Part shown: in pieces, positions 35,779-48,528 of the stretch
Layout: each line of letters starts with the position of its first letter
How positions within the stretch are numbered: position 1 is the stretch's first letter
Assembly: GCA_032718475.1 (NCBI GenBank)
Contig: JAUCBJ010006803.1
Span: 1 to 64,000, forward strand
Length of the DNA stretch: 64,000 bases
Source of the DNA: Nemertoderma westbladi
Taxonomy: Eukaryota > Animalia > Xenacoelomorpha
Reading direction: 5' to 3'
Program-made: the position numbers and the translations under genes
The notes under the pieces: model-generated
The model's database searches: none
What the model was told of the DNA's origin: nothing
Seen by the model: only the letters and a program-made list of their open reading frames with translations

Positions 35779-37002
35779 TGTTCGCGCTTTCAGACCTTTG
35801 GCAGTTTAACCCGCCAAATTAGGATGTCTTCTAGATAATAAATCGCTTTAGCCTCTAACAAGTATTTGATTCACTACACTAGTTGAAACCAATCTGTGCG
35901 CGATCATTCACCCGTTGGATATACCCGGGAGATTGATTTCGACAGCTTAATCGTATTGCTATGTAAGCCTAATGTATTATTCGACTGACAGTATTATATA
36001 ATCTCTGACAATATTATTCACCTTCGGGGAATATTAACAGTTCCTTTAGGACGTGGCGCTCTATCTATATAAACAGAGTTATGACTTAAACTACTCACAA
36101 CGATATGGCTTAGTTACAATTCACATATATGGCGCATTCTTTAGGAAATGCTTCGTTATCAGTCTCACTCATACACAATGCTGCACAATACTGCACACTA
36201 ATCTGCCGATCTTCACTGATTTTAGTCACATATAAAAGGAACACGGACCGAATCATGTAGGGTCTATCAAATAACATTAGATTCACTTCAAACCACTTTA
36301 ACATAAGTCACAATTGTTATATGTAACCCTTCTCTCTTACCTTCGGTATATCAAGAATATTGGGTTTCGGGGTTATTTATCGTTATTCCAAATATAATAA
36401 TTCATCAACCATATTATGAAGAACTGACAGTAAATAGCAGTATAACAATATAAAGTATGCACAGGTTGTTTGATTAGGTATGGTATGTTATGTTGTGATA
36501 AATGCAGATAACGGATATATGTCCTTATAATTAAGCCTACTAGTGTAGGGCTAAAGCCGTTCTTCCTGGCTTAGAATCACCAACAACACTAAAAACTGAT
36601 AAGAATAACTATAAGAATACCAGCTACCCTTATTCTACAAAGATCTCACCCACCACAGAGAATGAGCATACAGATAGGAAATTCAGTTCAGTAGATCTGT
36701 GATAGGTCAAAATCAAAACCAACTCAAATCCTATTGGCAGATACAGAAAGCAGGGCTATGGGGCAACGTGGCAATATCAGCCGTTAGCCGTCGTCATGGT
36801 AGCGACACTGTTTTCAAGAGTATCGAGCTTTTACGTCACGAAATTGCAGATTATGTCCTCTAAAGTACAAATACAGAAGAAATGGCTTTTATGTCCTCCA
36901 AAACACCAGTACAGCAAGGACACGGCCTTTTTATGCCTGGTAAACCAACCACAGAGTACTTTACGGGGATAATAACCGGCTAATTACGCAAAAGCTTTTA
37001 CA
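35779..37002 (-). repeat. Inner element 5' LTR (1224 bp)
   Basis: TGTAAAAGC...GCGCGAACA on the minus strand, near-identical to 23948-25135. Confidence 0.93.
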
Positions 37003-37847
37003 GTAATCTCAACCTGAATTGTACGTAATTTGTAGTATTAAGTAACTTAGGTAAATTAGAATTATTTGTTTTAGTGTCTAACAAGTAGCACTCCACTGAG
37101 AGCGCACAGCTTATGTGTAGTGACTCCCCCAGAAATAATAACATTTATTTCGAACATTGACAAAACCCATTAAACAGGTATATATATATTATAAATCAAC
37201 TCAAACGATTTATAAATAGTAGGCCTGCCATACAACAATTAGGTCTCAATATCAGTTGGACTACTGCTTAAATAACGGTAATAAAGTAAGTTAAAGTAAC
37301 CAAGTAACCCTTAAAATTCAGAAATTCAATTATTCTAAAATAATTGATATACCGGTATTTACAATAGGCTTATTATCTTTATTTCTATAAATTTAGGCTG
37401 AAATTATACCGGTATTCTGTAATTAATTCTAGTCTGTAATTATACTTATATATATACATTATAAGTGTAAGCTGTATACCGGTATTCACGATAGGCCTAT
37501 TATATATAAATTTAGGCTGAAATCATACCGGTATTCTGTAATTAATTCTAGTCTGTAATTCTACTTACATATATACATTATAAGTGTAAGCTGTATACCG
37601 GTATTCACGATAGGCCTATTATATATATAAATTTAGGCTGAAATCATACCGGTATTCTGTAATTAATTCTAGTTACTAATAATACTTATATATACTATAA
37701 GCATACCGGTATTCTAATATTATATATATATCACGCTATACTGAGTAGCAGTATCGGTAATTAATTACTAGGCTAGCAGTTAATGCTGAATTACTAGACT
37801 TGCTTAGACTGTAATATAGCAGTAGCCATTCAACTGTGTAAACAAAC

Positions 37848-40800
37848 ATGTCTGATACTAAGCAGAACCTGTCAGACAGTTTATTAGATGTAACTATCTG
37901 CGACTCAGATAAGGGTGTAGAACCGTCTACACCTAAGTTCAGTTCACCTCCCACTGTGAGGAAGGTCATCCCTCCAGTAGTAATAACAGAACCTAGGCTG
38001 GTCCAACATCGTAGGTCTATCATAGGCACTCGAGCTCAGGTCAAGCGGGACCAAGAAGCAGCGGAACAGCAACAACCCGCGAGCCAAGAACTTATTTCTC
38101 AGCGGCCCGACAGCTCCAGTAGTGAGGATACTGTAGAGCTGACACCCGAGCGCGGAGCAAAGATGACGGATGCGGTTTATTCGGATCCCCTTCTCATCCT
38201 GCCTGCAGCCGTACTCACTAGGATATTGATCGCGGTGGAAGAACACCAGATCGATTGGGCGAGAAGTCAGCGATCAACTAAAGATAGTTATGCGGGATAC
38301 ACAAGGGAAGAACTGAAGTCTATTGTCGAGTCGCAATGGAACTTCCCCGGACCCGGACTCCCGTTTGATTTATCAGAAGCTGCCTGGGAAGACATACACC
38401 GGATGGGAGTAACCAAGGAAACCATCGATCCAGCTGTGTGGAAGAGGTCCGCAGCCGGATACGCACAGGGATTCTTCAGCTCTATGGAGCGACTAAAAGA
38501 ACAACTGTTTCAACAACCACAAGGACCTCAAGAGCAGGGACAACTGCTTTATCAAGTTAGAGAAAGAATTCTGCGAATCAGGCTAATCTTATCGGCCTTT
38601 GAAGAGGCTTCTAAAAGAAGACAAGACACGTCGTTGCAAGTTGCCGTAAAGACTTGGTTTCAGCGGGTGAGTCTCCAGGTTCAAGGAACAGCTCAGTGGA
38701 AAGCTCAGCTGGAGGAGCGCTCAACCCATGGAGAATCAACAGACGCTACTTTTTCCCAAGTGGAAAGTGAAGCGACGGCAGAGAAACCGCATAAGAGGGA
38801 TGCCATTGACATCTATCTGTCAGACTATCAGCGTTTTTTAGGAGATGAAGAGTTGAGGAGAAGGTTAGATGGACTTAGCCCTAATAGTGAAGGAGCCCAG
38901 CGTGTGTTGGACGCAATTGATGTGGATAGGATAGCTGCGAACCAAGCTAAATTTGATGAAAGTATCCGCATCGCTAAGGTTCAAGAAGAACAAGTAAAGA
39001 AAAAACGTATAGAAGATAGAAAGACAGCAGCAGCGGCAGTGGCAGCGGCAGAAGCGGAAAGAAAAGCGGCAGAAGTGGATAGAAAAGCGGCAGAGGCAGC
39101 GGCAGAGGCAAAAGCGGCAGCGGCAGAGGCAAAAGCGGCAGCTGCAGCGGCCGAAGCGGAAAGAAAAGCGGCAGCAGCAGAAGCGGAAAGAAAGGCGGCC
39201 GAAGCGGAAAGAAAAATAGCAGTGGCAGAAGCAGAACGGAGGGCATCTGAAGAGACAACCCAACTAGAGTTGGAAAATCTTCAAGAGAGACAAGACAACT
39301 TTAATAAACAGTTAACAGCTAGTAATATGCAGATGATGAATCGATCTACTCCCAAAAGACAAGGTTATACATCATCTGAGGAAGGCGATACCACCGACAC
39401 TGAAGGCGGAGGAAATCGATCTCGCCTAAGCAGACGTAAAAGAATGTCCCACCAGTCAGAAATTGCCTGATTTGCCTCCAGCTGTTAGAAGGCAACTAAA
39501 TAACACCAACTTAGGTAGTACAGAACCCACAGACCAAATAATTACAATAGAAAGACTCCCTACTATAGTAGATGAGCCTGAAATAATTAGGCCTGTTCTT
39601 GAAATCACCCCTTCGGTGATAGAGACACCTGTGCTCCCTGAACCTACCTCTAAATTCCCTCTGCACAGCACTAAGCTACCTGTGCCCAGTAGAACAGCCC
39701 ATGAGACAGTTCAGGTCCTGGACTCCGAGCGAAATATTCATGATTTGTCGCCCGTTGTCCCTCGTCCGCCCGCTACAACGTTGGCGAATCCCGCTTCGGC
39801 GGTCGAATGGGTGGATGAGGGACGACGGGGGATGGATCTCCTGCTCGGACAGATGCAGGAGACCGTTCAGCAATTCAAGGGCACAGTAAGGGAAAGTAGG
39901 TTAGAGTTGCAAGAAGTGCAGCAAAGTATCGCGCTAGAACGCGATAAATTAGTAAATACACAAAGGGGTATACCACCACCCCCTGTAACAATGTGTCAAC
40001 CTGTTAGGTCTGAAGTATCTCATGCGCAAGGTGTGGAGCCTACACGCATCTATACTGCTAGCGAAGTAGAAACTCCTATAGTGAACCCTATTAAGGGTAA
40101 TTATAGACCTGTTGATAATGACATTCCCTATAGACCTGATCATAATCCGAGAAATTTATATACCGATAACTCGATATTAAATAACACGATGGCCCAAGAA
40201 AGTTTTACGCGCCAAATGGCTAGAACCGAAGCCCGCCAAGCGGTAAAGGTGGGAGAGATCGTCAAGTTCAATGGAGATGAGATGAAATGGTTACCTTTTA
40301 ATGAATATTACAAAGATAACATACAGAACTCTGTGCTATCTAATGGAGAGAAACTTAGATTCCTCATCGAGTGCTTGGAAGGATCTCCCAAGTTAATGGC
40401 GTTAAAGTTTATTGGACATCCAGATGGATTAAGACAAGTTTGGGATACACTAAACATCAGGTATGGTAATAGGAATAACATAGCTAGGTATTTGTATGCA
40501 AAATTAATGGCGCCCCGAAAGTTTCTTAGCAGCGGGATTATAGAGTTTTCCGATGAGATTCAGGAGATCTGTAGACAATTAGATTGGCTAGGTAAGTCTC
40601 ATGAATACCAGAATTCTATGGTTGTAGGAGCCTTAGCATCTACTTTGCCCAAGGGTGGAGTAGGTACACGCTGGGACAAGAAAGTGTTATATATGATGGA
40701 ACAACAACAACGAGACTCTACCATGGCTGATCTCATGTCCTTCTTAGATAGTGAAGTAAAATTACAGCTCCTAAAGCAGTCCAGAGAGAAGACATCGGAA

Positions 40801-42527
40801 AACAAGGTAAGTGAGAAACCCGTTTCTAGGAGAAGGGTAACACCAGTGTGTTATACTGACGACGGCGAAAGCCAAGTCTTCTCAGGAAGAGGACAGCGGG
40901 AAAGACACTGCAAAGATCTTACTATGACAATAAAATCCTAAAGGACGTAAGTAAATTCAAGTCTCGAACCAATGACAGGAGAGAACAGGTAAGAAAAACT
41001 CCTCCTACGTCTCCTAAGAGAATTCATGTAAGAAATCCCGAGGAAAGAACGAACGTGCACCACACAGCACATGTTAAAGTAAGTAACATCAAGCCCAAAT
41101 GTGTGCTGTGCGACGGGCCCCACCGTTTAAATGCGTGTGATGAATTCCTGAGGAAATCACTAAAGGATAGACGTGAAGTCATGTGGGATAAGCGGTTGTG
41201 TTATAATTGCCTCAGACGAGGACACCAACGGCGAACCTGTTACTCCGACGCAAGGTGTGCAAAGTGCGGTGCGAAACATCATATCTTGTTGCACACTGAA
41301 TTCGAGCGAAATAGTCCGAGTCAGGTGAGTGATTCCGAACTACATGTCCAATTCAGTGATGTGAACGACACTGATCAATCTGAGATGGAAGGATTCTATA
41401 CGGACGAGTTCTCCGACGAAAACGAATCCTGTTACATGATAAATACCGCAGTGTATCGAGCACTCACTTATGAAAAAGATACAGAAAGTGACCTCACTCT
41501 AACTACTTCTGATCGACAACCATCTTGGAAAGCGCCAACTTCCAATGTAGGGATTAGAGAATTTCCTGTGGTACAGATAAGGGTCCACGGACCAAAAAGG
41601 AGTTATGTAGTGAACGCCCTCCTTGACTCCGGTAGTACAGGAACATTCATCGACAAAGAGCTAGCCGAAGACATATTTGCTGGACAACCCAAGTTCCGAA
41701 CTAAGCTAAACATGTCAGGAATTATGCAGGTTTGGAAATCTACAGTAACAGCGGATTATTATGTAGGTGCGTTGTCCACCCCCCAGGACGAACTAGGAGA
41801 ACATAGCATAAGGTCAGTGAAAATGGTGGCAATAAAGAACTTCGCTACCACCCAAGTGGAACCTTATAACTGGGATGAGGACGATTTCACCCAGCAGTTT
41901 GAAATACCTAGATTCAACACCGATTACCCTGGAGTCCAAATACTCATCGGTCAAAATGCGCATGAAGCGCTCGAGACATTGGAGAAACGGCCTGCTCAAC
42001 CGCAACCTCTACAAGTTTATGCGGGAAGAACTAGAGTAGGTTGGTACTTTACTGGCCCTTCTCGTAGAACTCTTATGGAAAGATTACCAAAAGAACAGGT
42101 ATATCAATTAAGTGAACGGGAAGTGGAGAGCAGTGAAGTTTACGACCCAACTGAGGGAACACCATACTCCTCAGATAATGACGACATCAACTCCAATGAA
42201 GATCAATGGAGACATTGCCCCGAGACGATCAATCTAGCCGACATCGCTTCCAGAGGAGCAACTCCTCAAGAACTTACAGATACTCCAAACCGGTTAGGTG
42301 GACCCGACTTCCTAAGTAAAGAAGATGAATGGCCTCCTCAGCTTACCCCGGTGAAGATTAGACAGGCCAAGGGAGCGGAGAAAGTAACACAACCACTCAA
42401 TCGCCCAGCTGGTCGTTTATGTTTACCGGAAAGAGACCAAAAACTGTCCGGAAACTATGGAAGGCAAGATACTCTTCCCACGACCACCTCCCTAATCCAA
42501 CAAATATCTAGGGACTCCATAACGTAA
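37848..42527 (+). pseudogene. Outer element Gag-protease, frameshifted
   Basis: Three ORFs (37848-39470, 39463-40941, 41055-42527) collinear with the inner 1705-aa protein, with the same start MSDTKQ and end RDSIT*. Confidence 0.9.
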
Positions 42528-44156
42528 CAACATACGGAGTGGGTGTGTGACTATATTATTTTATATTTATTTTTATTATTTTATATTATGTATGTATTAT
42601 TATGTAATTTTATTATAATCGTTTTCTTTAATTTTATTTAGTAGAATGTTATTTACTGATTATTTAGTAGATCAGTGCAATATATTAGTGTTTATTACTT
42701 AATTACTTATATATTATATTTAGTGCGACGGCGAGAAATAATTCTTTTTCTCTTTCCTTGCTGCCCGTATTACATTACGAATACGTAACTACAGTAAGAT
42801 GAAATGTCCGTACTTATTAAAGTACAATAAAGCCACTACTATATTCAAGTATTATTGGTAGGCAGAGTATTAGGAATGCAAAGTTCAGATCCTCGTGTCT
42901 CGGCTAAACCAAGCTCTGGGTAGACCTTGGAAACGACTTGCCTCTTCTCACTGACATTGCTTCGTGCGATATTGCTCTCATACCGTATATTAAATAATAC
43001 ATATAGTAGCGTGATGTCCCTTTAACAGTAGCGTATAACGCAAAATAAATCTGTTAAACCCTTTGACCATCTGCAATTCTAGTCGATTAAGATATCGCGG
43101 CACCCACCGATATACTTGAAAGACAAAATTCTAGAATCAGTGGTTAACGTCCCCAGACAAGTTCTGAAATAAACTGGTGCCCATCCTAAATATTAATTAT
43201 TAATATTTACAAAATCTGTCAAATTTTAGATCCTTTAACATTCTAGTCGATTAAGATATCGTAGCATTTACCGATACTCTTAAAAAGACAAATTCATAGA
43301 ATCAAGGATCATATGTCCCCAGATATGCTCTGGAATAAAATTGTGTCTATTTAACATTAAATAATAAAATTTCAGGGAATAAATTTAAATTCATACTTTA
43401 ATGAATTTAATAAATTGCAATTTTATACAATTTATAACATTCCCAAAATTCCATTAATTAATAGATCATGGGAGCGGAGATTCACTATATTAAGTGTATT
43501 TGTGTGTGAGAATCTCCAATGTATAGTCAATAGCCGATAAAATTCATAAAATCATATATAGAGAGGATATTGACAATTAAAGAATTACCATTAAATAGCA
43601 TCCCAGATCTGTATGCATGAGAATTACCCTAATTCTACCGCTAGCTTTCCATAATGTCACCATGGCAACAACCACGCTAGAATTAGAAGTGAGTTAAAAG
43701 AACAATAGAAGGCATGCCCCATTGAATAGCATAGGGAATAAATAGCGCACTGCTAGTATCCAAGGATACATAATAAATACAGTGACATTCTGGAAGGTAC
43801 TGACTAACGGACAAATGGCCCGAATGTGTGCAGTTTGTTGCAGTTGTGTTGAATTTGTGCGTTTGTAGGTGAATGTTACTACTAAGGTGTGTTTACAGTA
43901 GCGAGTCGCAATTGTGAAAGTAACCCTAACTCTCCAAGAAGAACCTGCAGTACATCTAAGCCTTTGGGACGGACAGTGAAGTGACTTGTGCCGGTTATCG
44001 TTGTCGTTGTGTAGCTACATCGTTGGCGAAAGCACAGCGACGGTACATCGGCACTGAGGATCTTACACTGTCCGGGGGCAAAAGAGGGGTAGGCAGCGAC
44101 GCCCGCTAGCCTAATATATATAAACTCATTATAATATTGATAAACTCATAGCAGAT

Positions 44157-45723
44157 ATGACTGAATTGATAGAAGATGATCTTGGTATCAGGGAGCGATA
44201 TACTCTACCTTTACAAGCGTTTGTCGATAGCTTGATACGCGGCGACGTTGGTCCAACTACTACGGAGGACGATGGTCGTTATATCTAACCGCCAATGTCC
44301 CGGGAGCAACTTGCGCGTGGGTTAGACTGTAGAAAATTCACCGCTCGCTATACGCATCGTAATGGTACGTATATGGACTTCTTAACTACTGGTCATCCTA
44401 TCGACCTACACGATACGAACGATATAGACACCAAAGGGAAATGGTTTATTTAAATATCATACCCAGCGGAAGCGGAACGATAAACTGAGACTCGAACACG
44501 AAAATTCTATTCGAAACCGACTCGAAAGTGCAGATGTCGAAGAGCCGGATAAACGCAGCGACTCCACCAAATACCTGGAATTCTTGAGAGAAACCTATCT
44601 CGATATTACCAGTCAACAGAATCTAGAAACTCGATATCCTCAAGGTATACCTCATGACCGCATGGTGGAACTCAAACGGCTCTATTCCACTATGATGTAT
44701 CTTACCGCCGATCGATCGCTACCTGTTGTACCGGATAGTTTCGAACGGATGGAGGAATATTGTAAGCTGGAGAAAGATCACTCGCATTTCCCCTACAAGA
44801 CGTGCGTTTTTTGGTATTATTGCGATGAATGCCCAAGACCCAACCAACGAACGGAAAGACATAAACATCCGCGGAGACATTGCTTTAAACACGGTTTTAC
44901 TCGCTATATTTACGGGAGTTTCGAACGAAACTTGTTTGATGTATCACCTACGCTCGTTCGACTCAGACGATCCTTAAATAAACCAATGATCAGAGTTTCG
45001 GAATACTCGATCAGACCTCCTCATTCCCTAGTGAGACTCTTGATCCTATTAGTATGACGGATCCTCCTGAGCTGTACTCACTGCTCAAAGATCTAGTGTT
45101 ACCTGAACAATTAGTCGGTGGCACCCCGGTTGTGGGCTTCCTAGATATTAGCCCATCCTACCTAGCCGGATTGGGACGCGGACATTTAATATCGCTGTTT
45201 AACCCTTACCATCGTCCCGGCTTAACACGATATAACCTGTCACCAAAGTGGCGGAGAGCGTTGTACCAAATGAGTTAGACGCTATTCTACAAAGATCAGA
45301 AAGGGAACTTACGCTTGTTCAGATAAACGTAAATTGCACTAGCAAGTCCAAGCGGTAAACAAAGTAACTATATCTCAGTTCGATCGGGAAATCCAGAATC
45401 TCTAAGAAGTTATCGAACTTGGACGATCCTATTCTCTGCGAGAGTTTTTGGATGAACGTATCCAGCTACGAGCGGAGGAAAATCAGCTCGAGGAGAAGCA
45501 TATCGAAACGGCAGATACCTCGACCATAATCCTACATCTTCTGATGCAATCATATTGCACCCTTCACCCAGGAGTTATGGCCCTCCTAGTAAAGTGGCTC
45601 CCCCCAAAGAGAAAAGGACTCTTGCTAACCTCAAAAAACTGCGTAAACGCCGTCTGCGTAAGAAAGACTAACTGTTTAGAGTATCTTTATATTTTAGAAA
45701 CTGTGATTTGTTATATTTTATAG
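44157..45723 (+). pseudogene. Degenerate second ORF of outer element, unknown product
   Basis: Pieces MTELIEDDLG..., RETYLDI...CVFWYYCDEC...HKHPRRHCFKH, MTDPPELY... and DERIQLRAEE..., separated by stops and frameshifts. Confidence 0.55.
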
Positions 45724-45749
45724 ACTTAAATCCCATTTTCTGGGAGCGG

Positions 45750-46946
45750 TGTAAAAGCTTTTGCGTAATTAACCGGTTATTTTCCCGTAAAGTACTCTGT
45801 AGTTGGTTTACCAGGCATAAAAAGGCCGTGTCCTTACTGTATTGGTGTTTTAGAGGACATAAAAGTCATTTCTTCTGTATGTGTACTTTAGAGGACATAA
45901 TCCGCAATTTCGTGACGCAATAAGCTGGATACTCTTGAAAACAGTGTCGCTACCATGACGACGGCTAACAGCTGATATTGCCACGTCGAACATTTCTTTG
46001 TTCTTTGTTCTCGCTTTGTATGGTCGACCAATCAGAGCGTTTTTTGTCTCTGTGATAGGAGGTTGGATACAGAAACTCAGGAATTCAGTGTTATGTTTTT
46101 GCCCAGAGCCTAAGAACACCGGCTTTTGGCACCTCCGTGTTTCAGTCTTTAGCTTAACATTAGTAGGCTTAATTATAGAACGTATATCTGTTATCGAGTT
46201 ATCTTATCATATCTATCCATAAATTACTAATCTTACGAGTTACCGAGTTAACTCACTCACTTAATAATCATTTATACCTTATCTTTACTGCTTTTGCTGT
46301 CGGTTGTTCATTATATTTGTTGATGAAATATTATATCGGAATACTGATCAATAGTCAGACACCCCAATCTTCTTGATATACTAAAGGTTAGAGAGACCGG
46401 TTACATATAAACGATTGCGACCTATGTTAAGTGGTTTGAAGTGAATCTAATGCTATTTCATAGGCCCGACATAAATTGTATGTTGCTCTCTTTATACGTG
46501 ACTAAATTTAGTGAAGGTCGGCAGATTAGTGTGCAGTATTGTGCAGCATTGTGTATGATTGTAACTGATAACAAAGCATCTCCTAAAGAATGCGCCATAT
46601 ACGTGAATCTATAGCCTTTTCGTTGTGTCTAGTTTAAGTCATAACTCTGTTTACATATTTAGAGCGCCACGTCCTAAAGGAACTGTTAATATTTCCCGAA
46701 AGTGAATAATATTTGTCAGAGATTATATATTACGATCAGTCGAATAATACAGTAGGCTTACACCATCAATCATTAAGCTTCCGAATTCAGTCTCCCGGGT
46801 ATATCCAGCGGGTGAATGATTGCGCATAGACTGGCTTCGGCTAATGTAGTGTATCAAATACTCGTCATAGGCTAAAGACTATATATCATCTAAAAGACAT
46901 CCTAATTTGGCAGGTTAAACTGTCAAAGGTCTTAAAAGCGCAAACA
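45750..46946 (+). repeat. Outer element 3' LTR (1197 bp)
   Basis: TGTAAAAGC...GCGCAAACA, preceded by purine tract GGGAGCGG and followed by TSD CAGCA. Confidence 0.93.
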
Positions 46947-48413
46947 CAGCAGTCATCCTACATAGCATCTCTGCAAACAAAGTCCAATTTTGGAATGTAT
47001 GAATAAATTTCTGCAAAATCATGGCAGCATGGTAGGAATAATGAATTTGGCACAAAAAAACATATATTTATTGAAAAATGATAGAATTTATGATGGAAAT
47101 ATATTTGCAGGACTTTAAAATATTTTTTTTTTAATTTAGAAAAGTCCAATTTTGGAGTGTATTCCGATTTTGGAATCTACCCTCGCACAAAGTTCCAAAA
47201 TTTGAATAATTCCAAAATCGCCTATAATTATACTATATTACTGTATAATAATAATAAAATCTTCCCACTTTAACATATTAACATTTAACACAGTTTAGTT
47301 TAGTTGGTGCCTGGCTGGCTGGGTCCGACGAATTTGTACAAAAAAATACAAAATAGTAGGGCCTGCAATATAGTACAAAAGAGTACAATAAATTACAAAA
47401 GAGTGCAAAAATAGTACAATGGAGTACAAACGAGTGAGAAACGGTACAAGTGTAGTTCAAATCGTGTAGAGGGGCGCACATGATGTGCAAAATAAAACAA
47501 TGCATTGTGGCTGTGTGGGGCGAGCCACGCATTGAGCGGGGCGCTAATCTAGCAGTCAGAAAGTATGACAATAATACAATCTTTTGAGTTTAATGCCGCT
47601 TTTTGTGTTCGAAAAACACATAAACTGTCCCAAGCTGCAAGCTGCCAAGCATGCAGAATTGCAGAAGGCAGGAGAACTCAATAAAATTGCTAGATAGAAT
47701 AGAGAGAGGCATACATTACATTACATACCGACTATACCGTACATAGCCTACATAACGTACCGGTAGTCTATACGTAGCATACTGCATCCTACATACTGCT
47801 GTACTGGCATACAGTCTATCCTTCAGTATATTGGCTACTTTAAGACTATGACAGTATGACGTAAATTTCTGATTTTTGAGTCTCAGTTATACGAGTTTAT
47901 ATTTACCCACTGCATAGTACTGTAGTATCAGAGTATGTACCATATTGCATTATATTGTAGTATACGAACAGTAGCCTACTAACTTTTACTGTATGCCAGT
48001 CAAAATCCACATATGAATCAAAGTTCTATCAATCATTTCATACTTGACCAATGCCGCTATTCAGCTATTGACACTGTACAGCTGTAGCGGCGCATATTTC
48101 TGTATTTCGGCGCCGTTGCATTTGCTTACAATTAATTATATTTGTATAAAAGTGAAGTGCATGTAGTGTATACTGGTATAACTGTATACTACACCTGTAC
48201 ACTTATTATAGGAAGGCATGAAGGGATCTAGGCTGCTAGGGGTCTTCTTAACCTCGAATGATAAGTTTATTTTACCGAAAATAACTTATCTTTTATTGGC
48301 GCAATTGTAGGACTAATCCCATCACATGCGTACTTTTTAACCGGGCTGCCGGGTAATGTACAAATTTAGGAATCGCGTAATTTTCTTAAAATTAATATCT
48401 CATATCTCTCCAA

Positions 48414-48456
48414 ACCACGTACGCGTTTCGACCTTACTGGGTCTCATCAGCGTGGT
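48414..48456 (-). ncRNA. Minimal type I hammerhead ribozyme
   Basis: Minus strand ACCACG CTGATGA GACC cagtaa GGTC GAAA CGC GTA CGTGGT: complete core, 6-bp stem I, 4-bp stem II and a minimal palindromic stem III. Confidence 0.88.
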
Positions 48457-48528
48457 GTCGGATTCGAACCTGGGACCTCTGGACCTCGAGGTGGAAGCAG
48501 AGACTACAACCACTAGGTGCTAGGCTAC
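48457..48528 (-). mobile_element. tRNA-derived Pol III head (SINE-like) abutting the hammerhead
   Basis: Minus strand TAGCACCTAGTGGTT (A-box like) and GGTTCGAATCC (B-box), followed within 4 nt by hammerhead stem I. Confidence 0.7.

Larger units (their letters stand above)
23948..37002 (-). mobile_element. Inner BEL/Pao-type LTR element (13055 bp), nested antisense in the outer element leader
   Basis: LTRs 35779-37002 and 23948-25135, 5-bp TSD GTAAT (23943-23947, 37003-37007). The reconstructed empty site matches the inner element's own leader at ~34165-34185. Confidence 0.94.
21685..46946 (+). mobile_element. Outer BEL/Pao-type LTR element (~12.2 kb excluding nested copy), non-autonomous
   Basis: TG...CA LTRs at both ends, 5-bp TSD CAGCA (21680-21684, 46947-46951), GGGAGCGG purine tract before the 3' LTR, and BEL-type gag-pro. 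Confidence 0.92.

Noticed and set aside
44157-45723. env gene call
   Set aside because: The position fits, but no signal peptide or clear fusion-protein features are visible. Left as unknown.
23948-46946. Assembly-generated inverted duplication or DIRS/Polinton-type element
   Set aside because: The arms are substantially diverged, each element has its own direct LTRs and 5-bp TSD, and there is no tyrosine recombinase or DNA polymerase.
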